Shown piece after piece: positions 25,641 through 37,300 of a DNA stretch of 64,000 nucleotides. Source of the DNA: Camelus ferus. Taxonomy: Eukaryota. The position numbers were made by a program, and so were the translations under genes. Each line of letters begins with the position of its first letter. The first letter of the stretch is position 1. Location: contig NC_045696.1 of assembly GCF_009834535.1 (NCBI RefSeq), forward strand, positions 20,524,001 to 20,588,000, written 5' to 3'. Below the pieces are notes generated by a model. That model was given only the letters and a program-made list of their open reading frames with translations, had not been told where the DNA came from and did no database searches.

Positions 25641-27329
25641 ATTTCTGAATTTATGCTATTGGCTCCATTACTGGTAAACTTAGCAGCACTGATCCAATAT
25701 CCCAGCCAATAATCAGGTTTAACACATATGAAGATTCTTTATGCATGGTGTATATACATGGAAATTTTAATTTAGTAACAGGAATGTGACATGGGTGGGC
25801 TTCATGGAAATTTTAATAAATTCTATTCTTCACCTCTCCTCCCCTCATAATTACCAGGTATGATTTTCGCACAAGTAAATGTTTATTTAAGTGTAGTCCT
25901 ATTATCCTGGGAATGTTGATTAAGCTAATTTATGAATTTTTTCCACTTCAAAAATTATGTCTCATTTAAGCTTTTTTCTAGTATAAATATTCATATCCTG
26001 ATGACATTTTTCGCAAATACTTTGACATGATTCTATACAAAAGTTGCACTGTCAATAAAAGGATTCAATTAGTCCATCACCAGACTTCCAAAGAAGTAAT
26101 TCTTGTTTTCGAGAATTTTCTTCACTGCCTGTTTGAAGATGACCTTTAAAATAAATGTATGTACTTCTCGATTTAAATATATTTCATAAATACACTGATA
26201 CTTTCTCACACATCTTGAGCTTTTGCTTTATCTTTCTAATTTGTTTGAATTTTAAATGTTAAGTATCTGAAAAAAGTACAGAAACGTACCAAAACTAATG
26301 AGACACCCCTGTAGCCACTATTCAGTGTTTTGTCATTTATTCATTGGGTCAATTGTGCTTTGATTTTTTTTTTAAAACAAAACACATATTCTGCAGTTAA
26401 ATCCCATCCAACATTCCTTCCAGTCCCACATTCTACAGAAGTAACTTGTGTCTCTTCCCATGAAAATTTTACACTTTCATCAAATATGCATGTAAAGTGA
26501 AGAAAATTATGAGAATACGTTAAGATTATATATATATATATATTTACTTTTCTATGACTTGCTAACTTTGTAGTTCATTTCCAAGATAAATATGTACAGT
26601 TTTATTCTTCTCATGCACTTTATTTTGAACAAATTTTTTTTCCACTACGTAGAGGTCAGTATTGCCAAAAAAAAAAAAAAAAAAAAAAGTCAGACCTTGA
26701 AATAAGGCATGCATTGAACAAGTATGAATTCAGTCAACAAATACAGAGTAAGCACCAAATAGTGCTAGGAATATGATTTAGAGTACATTGACCTACATTG
26801 AAATGTGTGTGTGTGTGTGCATGTGTGTATTCATATATATTCACCATACTTTTGTTAATATAATTTTTATCACTGAAATATATTAATTGCCATATTTTGC
26901 CATCTCATGAACAAAATATGATTATGCAGTAATATTGGATTTTTATATTTAGCTCAGTTGGCAAAAAAATACACTTTGTTGACAGTTAAACAATATTGTG
27001 ACAGTGTTTATGGCTCAACAATGCAAACCAATTTGAGGCTGACAGAAATGCAAACTCGTCTGCAAGGACGCATCATTCATATTGCATGTTGATATTTTCA
27101 GACTCAGTACAGTTTATTTTACATCCCAGGAAAACCAAGAGTTCATCTATCATCTGCTTAATTGTCTGTGGCGAACATTCAGGCCTAAGGAGGGCTGAAT
27201 GCACACCATCAGCACAGGGAGAACAAACAAGCTGTTTCCATGCAATGTCTTTTCACACATCCTTTTCTCTTTGTGAATGTAAAGATGAGATGAAATTGAA
27301 AAGGAAAGGAGTAAAGATAAATGCAAGAT

Positions 27330-27355
27330 ATGATGATGATGATGATGATGATGAT
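27330..27355. repeat. (GAT)n microsatellite
   Basis: About 8 GAT units; explains the poly-D run in ORF 27086-27463. Confidence 0.95.
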
Positions 27356-27374
27356 AACAGTAAGGACAGCCAAT

Positions 27375-27576
27375 ACATCGTAGAGAAGTACTCAGGCTCT
27401 TGGTTTTTGATGCATGGATTAGAATCTCATCCCTCTCACTTATTATGTGATTTTGACAGGTAATGTAACTCCTTTGTGCCTCAGTTTACTTCTCTAAATA
27501 CAGATATTAATCAGATCAACCTCAGGGCTTTCTTAAAGGGAGTTGAGACGTCTAACACATTGAGTACATTGCCTGG
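27375..27576 (+). mobile_element. MIR SINE
   Basis: CACTTATTATGTGATTTTGACAGGTAATGTAACTCCTTTGTGCCTCAGTTTACTTCTCTAAAT...ACCTCAGGG...ATTGCCTGG. Confidence 0.8.
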
Positions 27577-30369
27577 TTTCACTTTTCCTGTTACTCCTTC
27601 AAACACATATCTTTCTTCTATGAAAGTAAAGAATGGTGAGTGTGTTTATGCCTCTCAGCCACATGAAATGGTCTAATTTTGTAAAATAAAAGCCCAAGGG
27701 GTTGAACTTCTCCTCCATAAGCATAGAGTGTGGCTGTATCTGATTCTTCTACTATTTCTATTTCTGGCTTGCTAAATTGAGGACCACCCCCTCCCCCCCA
27801 CTTCAACATATAGTTGATAGACTAGATTTTTCCCTCTTTTCAAGATAAACCAGTTTGATTGAGCATCTGAAGGTAAAACAATCAAAATCTTTTCCCATAC
27901 ACTAGATTGTAATATTTCTTGGTTGTTGAAGCCATAATTGTTTATTCCAAATCTATATTCTTGACTTTTTTCTAACAATAGCTGAAAAAAAAACTTAACT
28001 GTCAATGAGACCCTTTCTTTCTCAAAGACACATATCATTTCTCACCCTCATGTATCATCTCAGAGCCTGGAAAGATTAAAACCTTCATTTTAAAGGATCA
28101 CAGAAACAGGAAAATAATTTTGAGTACTTTGTTTTCCAGCCCAATTTAAGGACCTTTGAATTCCCTTTGTTTATAGTGGGGAAGGCAGGCTTCACTTGGA
28201 AGACATCTGCTTCCCTAAACTCTTATGCCACCATGAAAATTATTGATTACTAATGGGATTCACCTGGTTTTCCACCATAAATTTAAAAAAAAAAATGCAC
28301 CCCTACCTCTGCAAGCAACCTACTGAGATAGTTTGTGATGTCTCCAGCAACACGGACCATGGTATTTAACAATAATGTTTCCAGCCATCTCTCTATTAAT
28401 ATGAAGAGCAGAATAGATATGTGATATAATCATAATACTGTTATAGATGCTAACTGAATATGTAATATTAAATTTATTTCACTTTAAATAAATAGCAAAA
28501 TTATTTCTAAAAATTAAAAAAAAATTCTTACATTACTATATATATATGTTTTTCTATTCTACATACTATGATTCTCACTTGGGGACATGGATATTTCCTT
28601 TTCTCCCCGCCATATGTATCATCTTCTTTGTAAAATAACCAGCTTTTAGTCGTTTCCCCTGTATTGATTGAAATTCAGTTTTTAATCACATCCATTTTAT
28701 TCCATGTAATCTTTAAAATTTTATGTGATATTTTGATTCTCAATTGATATCTTTAGTTCAGAAAACAACAGAAATTAGCTCAGAAAGTTTATTCTGAATT
28801 AAAAAATATCTCATTCATGATCACTTGTTTTATTAAATCATTTTTACATAATTCAATACTGCAAAGTATTTGAGGCACATTCTTCTGTTATGGTGAAGAA
28901 TTTTGTTTCTGACTTTTATGTTAGTGTTTATTATTGTTTTCTTTCTTTCTCTTTTCTCCCTTTCATGACGGAGTGTCATGACTTTTTTTTTTTTTTTTTT
29001 TTAATTTTTCATGTGGCAAATTCTGCTCAGGGCTTTTGATTTTTTCTTAATCCCTTACCATTTTATTTGAATCCAAGCTGTCTTTCCTTTTTAGGTAAAA
29101 TTTGAGGTCTACCTTCTATCCTCTTTTATGAAGCTTAATTTGAAGAAAGAATAGTTTGTTTTGTGCTCAATGGAAATCTTGCTGGGAACCTAGTTTTGCT
29201 TTTTTTTCCCCCTCAAGGAAATCCCACTAAATATTCAGGACTTCAGCACAGAATGAATGTATAGCCAACCCTGATAAGTCTTGTCTTGTTCTCTCATTCA
29301 ATACAACACTCTTAAAAAATTGTAACAATGAAAAATATTTTGGTATCTCTTATGAAGTCTAGGTAGGTGTATATGGAATTTTCTGTAGATCATTTCTTAG
29401 ATTTTTATTGAATCTTTCTTCTTGCAAATCCAGTCTTTTTTTGTTTTAATTGGGGAAGAGAAGTGAAATTATGTGGTTTTTACCACCATCTTCATTCATA
29501 TCTTGTTTCTTCCCTAAAGTTTATGGTGTGAGGTTAAATGCATTTCCTTATTTAATTGCTCTAGGCAACATTCTAATAGTTGCCTATTCCCCTGTCTTTT
29601 AATCACATCGCTTGGCATTGGCAAAAACTGAGCATGCAATTAGACTTTAGTGTGCCATCTTTCCCTAGAAAGCCCCTTATTCGTATATGTGGAAATCAGT
29701 AATTTATTTCCAATTTTGATATGAACTACTAAAAAGGTACTTCATGTATGCAACTTGAAGTAAGTTACAGATTATAAAATGTAGGATGAGTAGTGAATAT
29801 TATAGCTTGAGCAAAAGTAACATTTAAAATAAAGATGAAGTTCTTTTAAAAGAAGTATTATCAATTATGGATAAACATTTGGATTTACAGTGATAACTCA
29901 ATGTTAGGTTAATTTTAATTTTATTCAAATAGTTTAATTAAAAGAAAATAAATTATATGTGTACCACTTAAGAGTACGCTTCAGAATGATTGTTAATATC
30001 TATTTATTAGCAATGGAATGTGGGTGATTTCAGATATACAACTCATAGACTTTATCATCTAAAAATCCACATTCTGGACTCACTAAACTCCAAGAAAACT
30101 TGGAGAAAATGTCCCCAAGCAGTCATTTCAAAAATGACATAACAAGTGCTTTGAGAGCTAAGGGACATGTCAACATTCACTCATAGCATGTCAGACATAT
30201 AGCTGAAAGTATATTTATATAAGCCGTTTCTTCAGTAATAAGGAGGAAAGAAATGTGTACAGCTAAATGTACTTAAAAGCAGAACACTGTAACATGTGTT
30301 TCAAATTTGTATCAAGAACCAGAATCTAACCTTTACAAAATTTGCACATTAAGTTCTTTTTCGTGATTG

Positions 30370-30524
30370 CTTCCGGCTGAACTTTGCCCAGCTTGTCTGC
30401 CTATACTGAAAGGGCAGGGAGAGCGGAGTGTTTTTCACCCTGTTAGCAGAGGAGAAATATTGTGTGACTATAAAGAGAAGCGGATTTTCTGTGATATCAA
30501 CTAGTCTTTAAACAGAAGGTAAAA
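30370..30524 (+). promoter_or_regulatory. Putative TATA/Inr Pol II core promoter
   Basis: TATAAAG at 30469-30475 with a pyrimidine-purine CA start at 30498-30499. ETS core CTTCCGG at ~30370, several retained CpGs, and donor-like AAG|GTAAAA at 30518/9. No repeat recognised. Confidence 0.3.
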
Positions 30525-32299
30525 CGAAGGGGAAAAATAGGAAAACAAATTAAATTTCTAATATGCACAAATACAAGTCAGCACTGTTATAAAAATCCTT
30601 TTCAAACACGAAAGATGTAATTTATACAACCTAGTAATCATGTCAACATTCTTTCAGTTTTCTTTTGAAAAATATTTATTGTTTTTTTTCTTTTGTTAAA
30701 ATCACTAATAATTTGACCAAACTATAATTTTCCCCAAAAGTCTTAACCACATCGAATTCTGGAAATGGAAGATAACTTAAGGGTAGAAATTATCCCAAAT
30801 TCTTCGGGTTAACCTACTAACTACTTTGGCAAAGTTAGCCCTAGTGAGAGCGAGGATAGGATTTCTGAACTCTGTTTCCCTGACTTCTTGTTTTACTGGA
30901 CTAATAGTGATTGAAGGGGCTCTCTGTTCATATTACAGTACTTAGTTATTCTCCTGGTCTCCTGCCTCTAACTTTACTCATTGTCATCCAGGGAAGGAGA
31001 GATGACTCATCTGATTGGGGAAGAAAGTAGGCAGCAGCATCATCCCCACATTCTAGCCCTGGTTTCTGTACAGAAGGTTTAACCGTGTTTTCTGTCTCGT
31101 TGTTGGAGGTCTACACTTGCCTACTGCCATTGGTGAAATAAGTGAACAAGTGCTGGTAATATGGAAAGAATTACTGGAGAGCCATCTGAGCTAAAGCTAT
31201 AAACGTGAGTGTTACAGTGGACTGTAACTATAATAATTTTGGCATTTGATCTTCTTCAGCATAACTTCTATGTTTATCTATCAACCTATGAATAAAAAGT
31301 GGCATTTTGACTAAATTAACTTCAAACCCCAATGATGAGCAATACTTTTATATTTAAAATAAGTATCTAGCTTCTAACAGTGTCAAGTTAAACAGGTGCA
31401 AATCAGCTCATTTATTAGGGGTTGTCACATTATCCTTATTTCAAACTAATTTTTCTTTTAGGATTAAAATATTTATCCCATGAAATAAATTGACTCAATA
31501 TACTTAATTATTATTTCTAAAATAAAATTAGGGAAGATCATAATATTTAAGATTTTTATTTTTGTAGAGAGTGTTTTTTTAAAATGTCAAACTAAATGAT
31601 TTAAAATGAAATAACACCTTTTGTAAACAAGGATTTTAAATTAAGCTAAATATTTTGTTGCTTTTAATTTATTTTTTCTCACCAAGACTTATTTCTCCAT
31701 GACATTCTCATGCCATTGAATGTTTTAGTTAGATGAGAATCCAAGTGCATTCAGCAAGATAAACTATTCACCAATTGTTTCAGTAAGGAAAGGTCATTTA
31801 TTTTTAGTATCATTTTATTTTCTTTTGGGTCCTATTACATTGTTACTGTATGTAGATAAATAAACATCAGAAATGGTCTGAAGGTTTGTTTTTTTTTTTT
31901 TTACGTAAATCAGTTTCAATTTAAATAATAGGTTTACACATAAACAAATCTGTGTAACTGGAATTCTTAATTATTTATCAATTTAATTTTGTCATTAGCT
32001 AATGCCACTTTTTTGACTTCTGTTAAAGTACACCATCATGCAATAGGGTCATAAAATATTTTAAGAAATACTTTTAACTGATTTCCATTGTGAATTTTCT
32101 ACATGTGTACTTCATAATAATTTTACTAGAAAATATTTTATAAAGTTCCTAAGTAAGTAAATTAAATATTTTACATAATAATGTTGAAAAAAATTTTTCA
32201 AATATGATCTAATCCAATATGAGTAAAGCATCAACTGAAATGCAGCTGTCCCTCTTTTTCTATAAATTAAATTAAACATTTTCTTCACACAAAACAGTG

Positions 32300-32480
32300 A
32301 CAAATCCTCACATCATCTGGAAAGTGATCATAGACCTAAATGTAAAAGTTAAAGCTATAAATTGTCTAGCATAATATATAATAGAAAATGTATAGAAATG
32401 CTTTTTTTTTAAACTGAACTTTATTGAAATTAAGCAACTCTGCTCTTTGAAAAACACTGTTAAAAGAATTAAAATGCACT
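32300..32480 (+). mobile_element. Old L1 ORF2 fragment
   Basis: GATCATAGACCTAAATGTAAAAGTTAAAGCTATAAA and CTCTGCTCTTTGAAAAACACTGTTAAAAGAAT. Confidence 0.7.
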
Positions 32481-33093
32481 AAGAGAGCCTCGCCGGGAAA
32501 AATGTTTAACTGTAATATTGTAGGTCACTTGACAAAGAACAAATGAGAAATAGTTGAAGATAATTTAGTAGCACCTCACTGTTTGAAATTGCTAGATGCC
32601 TAAGTGTGTATTTGTCCAGTTTTCCAAATAGAAGTTATTAATTTTTTTTATTAAGAAGATACCATGTGTAAGGTACCATATGGTAGTAAACATGCAGGAA
32701 TGTAACAGGAATGCTGTAAATATTTGCAAAATAAATGAGTAGTAAATAAATATAGCATATTTCTACCTATAAAATATCTTAACTATTTTCAAGAATTATT
32801 TATTATTCTTAAAACTGAAGTTTTGACTTTGAATAAGTGTAATTTTCCTCTGAGACTAGATTAAAATATTTAAAGCTATCTATTCTAGTATATATGGATG
32901 GGAGGAAATACTGTACTGAACATAAATCATTTGGAAATTCTTTCTTCTCTCATAATCAATTGCTGAACCAAGAAGAAATACGACTGCTACAAATTATGTG
33001 CTCAGCTTACAAAATATTCCCAGTTTTTTTCCAGAAAATGTTATATATTTCTACCTTTAAAATCTATTGTGCTATTTTTAAAAAGTTTCACAT

Positions 33094-33403
33094 TTAAAAA
33101 AATTTATTAAAATATAGTCAAATTATAATGTGTTAATTGCTGGTGTACAGCACAGTGATTCATTTATATATATATGAATATATATATATAATATATATAT
33201 TAAATATGAAAATAAATACATATATATTTATTTTCATATTCTTTTTCATTATAGGTCATCACAAGTTACTGAATATAGTTCCCTTCACTATACAGTAGGA
33301 ACTTGTTTATCTATTTCATATATAATAGTTATTATCTACAAATCCCAAAATCCCAATTTATCCCTCTGCACCCCTTTTCCCCCCAGTAACTATATGTTTG
33401 TTT
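33094..33403 (-). mobile_element. Younger L1 3'UTR fragment with internal (TA)n
   Basis: TGGTGTACAGCACAGTGATTCA...TTTTCATATTCTTTTTCATTATAGG...GAATATAGTTCCCT...ATACAGTAGGA...CCCAATTTATCCCTC is typical of cetartiodactyl L1 3' ends. Confidence 0.85.
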
Positions 33404-33414
33404 GTTCCATTAAG

Positions 33415-34370
33415 TGAGTGAATAATGAGACTAGTGGTATAACCATAAAACTGAATACTACCCAGCGATTTAAAGCAACAAACTACTGATAGATGCAACT
33501 ACATGAATGAATCTCAAAATAACTAGGTTGAGTGAAAAAAAGATGCCTGCTGTAACAGTCTATTTGTATGAAATTTTAGAAACAACATACTAACCATAGT
33601 GACAGAAAGTGGATCACCGGTTGCCTAAGTGTTAGATAGTTAGATAAGTGGGGGCACCGGGCAGATAGGTGGAGGAGATGGAGGATGGTCCGGAAGACGG
33701 TGTTGTGTTATGCCCAACTCCAGCATAAAGAGGCTTTGCTTCTTCTAAATGAGTGCCAGCAAGAAACTGTTAGAACCCAACAGCCACGACTGCGTGGTAG
33801 TGACAAGGACCTAACCTGCCATGACCCACTGCTCACTGTATTATTAACATTGCAGTTTAGGCCCCTCCATGGGTTTTTTTCTTTGTACACCATGGGTAAG
33901 GACATGCGCAAAGGGGCCAAACATGACTAAGCACTCCGGGGACAAGAGCCATCAGTCAATCAAGAGACCACCCCTAAGTGAGGGTATAAGAGAAATGGGA
34001 GATAAAACCACCACTTTTCCTTCCTTAGATCAGCCCATCTCCCATTCTTGGGTGTACTTTTCCTTTCTTTATAAATAAATCTTTTAAAATCTTTTGCTAC
34101 ATAACACACTATCTCCCGACTATAAACTAATCTTTCAGGTAAGACAAGAATCGGGGTCTTTACCTTTTGGGGTATCATAGGATTAGGGGAGGAGGAAAAA
34201 AGAGGCAAAAAGGAGAATTATAAAGTGCATGAAGAAACTTTTTTGTTGACAGATATGCAATATTCTCGTTATCTTCATTGGTTACTCTGTATATACACAT
34301 ATCAAAATCTATCTGTTGTAGACTTTAAATATTTGCGGTTTTTTGAATGTCAAATATATTTCAATAAAGT
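33415..34370 (+). mobile_element. Old L1 (L1MC/ME-like) 3' end, split by an LTR
   Basis: GAATACTACCCAGCGAT, ATGAATGAATCTCAAAA and GTGACAGAAAGTGGATCACCGGTTGCC before the LTR. After it: GCATGAAGAAACTTTT...ATACACATATCAAAA...TGTCAAATATATTTCAATAAAG. Confidence 0.8.
33630..34176 (+). mobile_element. ERV1-type solo LTR
   Basis: TG...CA termini (TGTTAGA/GGTATCA). 4-bp TSD TAAG/TAGG (33626-33629, 34177-34180) interrupting an L1. TATAAG at 33985 and AATAAA at 34074. Higher GC and CpG than the flanks. Confidence 0.85.
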
Positions 34371-37300
34371 TCTAAAGAGGCAAAGTGAAAATAAAGAATC
34401 TTCATTCAGCATGCCTCCTAGCATTTCTTTTACTCTGCCCTTGACTCAACAAACATACAACACAAACATCAGTGTCACTGGAATCAGGGAGAAGTGGGTG
34501 AGATTCCCATTTATTCCTCTCACTCTTTGGTATTTTTGGAATTTGACTTAGCCTCCTTGAACTTGCTTTTCCAACTAATACATGAAACAATATTCACTAT
34601 AAAAACTGTTGAGTCATAACAAAATAAATTATATAAAGCCTGTTGCTCACAGCATTCTGAGGAAATTTTATTCCAGTTCTGCCCTTCCAGTGTGAAAAGT
34701 AAAGTTAATTATTTGTTGGTGATACTTTAATGATTTCATTTCCTTTCAAGTACTATTCTGTAATCCATGAAAAATATCTATCCACTTTTAATATGTCCAT
34801 TTCAGTTATATATGGTAATCCAGCTAAAAAAAAGATTAATGAAAGTCACCTGTACTCATCAAAGAAATGTAAGATCAAGAATGGAAGTTTTAGGTTAGTA
34901 AATACTAATATTTTAAATCTAAAACTCATTTAACTTTATTCAGTTATAATTTCTTTTAATTATATTGAAAATAATTGTTCCCTGCCTACATCTCCACACC
35001 TAAATCGATCCAATGTGTAGTTAGTTTTATAGTTCAGGAAGGCATTAGAATAATTGTTATGTGACTAACACTTAACAGTTTGAGATCTTATCAATTAACA
35101 CTGCTAAAATTATTAAAGTAAAACTCTGGACTTTAAAGCATCATTACTACAAATAGAACCGTTGTATGTCAATGTGTAAGTAAAATGTAAGTGCGCTAAA
35201 TAAAGTTAATTACAAAAGAAAAATTCTAAATAAGCAGTTAATATGAATGCATTTTTTTTCAGTTCAGAATTACTTTGCATTGAAAGGATACAAATAAGGT
35301 TTCATTCTTCTGGTCATATTGATATGAACTTCTGCCAACTAAATTCTCAAAGGATATGTGCCCTTGTTACTGAATAATTTGCATTCTCTTTTTTGATTTA
35401 CCTCAATAAATGCAAACTTAATGGATTACTATCAACAGAAGAAACTCATCTAAAGCAGGAATATAAAATAGTTCCAAGTAATCCTTGAACTTAAAAATGC
35501 TTAAGATCCTGAGTGTGTGTAAATTAAAGGCTATAAGGTGAGTGATATTCCCAAACAAGTTCTGAAATATTTAACTGTCGCTGGTAATAATTTATAAAGT
35601 AGGCATGTAGACATTTGCCTGATAGATCTGAGGGGCATGTTAATGGTGTACAATGAAGACAGATAGCTCCATTCTGGTACCACTGAGCAGACAGCCGCCT
35701 CATGAAACACTTCTCAGCCAAAGCACATCAATCTCGCCATGATGGCTGCTCAGATTAGACAGGGAGACACACTCCTGTGAATCTTAAAAGGCCATTTCTG
35801 TCTCTTGTGAAGTTGTTTAACTTTGTTTTCATTTTATGGAGCCTGGCTGAGCTCTAACCCATACAGGATTTGACAGATCGACTTTTAGAAAATAACCTGG
35901 GAAAGAGTGATTTTTACTGAAACATAAATTACAAATTTCACTGGAATAAACTGAAGTCGGCATTAACGTGAGATACTGTAAGATGGTATTTATTATTTAT
36001 TACTTTTTTCATATACTATTTATAGGTAGATTCATACTTTGGGGACAAGATTTGAGCTGTTACAGTTTAGAATGGGATACCTGACAGCAGGAAGGCAAAC
36101 TTTGCACAGTCCATGTTTAATTATTTTGAAACCTAATTTATATGGTTTCTGAGCCACTAGAAATTATTAAGACACCCTGAGGAAAACAACAAATGACTGT
36201 TCCTAGGACAGTCGATAAGATGATGAGTTGATAGCTGAAAGCAACCTCCCAAATGCATTGCTGTCATTCTTTATTCAGCATCATGCCCAACAGTGACATA
36301 ACACAAAATGTGGTTTCCTGTATTTTCCAGAGATGATTTGTTTCTAGGATTTGTAAACCTGCAGCAATATAAAGTCAAAGTAAGCGGTATCAATGTTCAA
36401 ACTATGTCCATAAATTTGTATCTAAAAACAAGTACGATCTATTATTAAAGATACCATCAGCAGGGTACCAGGCAGCACCGCTCAGAAATCACACTAATGC
36501 TTTTTGTTTGTTTGTTTTGACTACTAAACACAATTGGTCAAACTAAATGAGTATAAACACAGCATTTTCAAAATATTGCTAAAAGTTTAAATATTCCTAG
36601 GAGATTGAAGGCCATTGCCATGAATTTTATGAATCTTTCGAATAAGGGATAGTTCTCAGCTGAATGATGATTGCTGGAGATTGAGAATGACCTTCAGAGG
36701 ATGATTTCTGTGTTCCACAGTATCTTATCACATATCAGGACCTCCTGTCGTTTTTCCAGCCTCTATCTGTGCCACTCCCCCTCTGTGTGCACAGGCTTCT
36801 TTATCTGCCAAGTTCAGGCCTGTCTCGGTTCCTAGTCCATTTGAGGCTCAAAGTTGTAAACACTTAAACCACCCATATTTCCTCTTCTCACGCAAGTCAC
36901 TATGGCATTTTCCCTTCTATCATCCTGTCTTACGCCCAGGACTCCGGAAATGACCAGTAGCCCCTAAAGTGAAAGTGGAAAAGCAGATGCTGAGGGCTCT
37001 GTCCCATCAGCCTCAGTCCAGCCCTGCTTCAACTTCTACTCTCATACTGGGGTTCCTTAATCCCCAAATCAGAGACCCAAGTGAGTCCAGCTTTCTCCCC
37101 TGCTGTCACCAATCTTCTTGGTGCCAGCATAGGTATCGGTACTAGTAACTAAACCAGTGCTTCAGTTTCTTGTGAATGTGAAAGGCTGTCAGGGCCCTCT
37201 CCTTTCACCTCTCTACTCAAACACAGGACTCAGCAATGCCTAACTGGGTGCAACGTCCACATTTCAAATGCCATCAGCCAAGACTTCTGTACGTCCCCAA

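Noticed and set aside
27086..27463. 125-aa ORF with a poly-Asp run
   Set aside because: Runs through a (GAT)n microsatellite and a MIR; chance ORF.
31090..31161. 47-nt exon candidate (LHLPTAIGEISEQVL)
   Set aside because: Needs a rare GAG acceptor and a weak donor; length is not a multiple of three.
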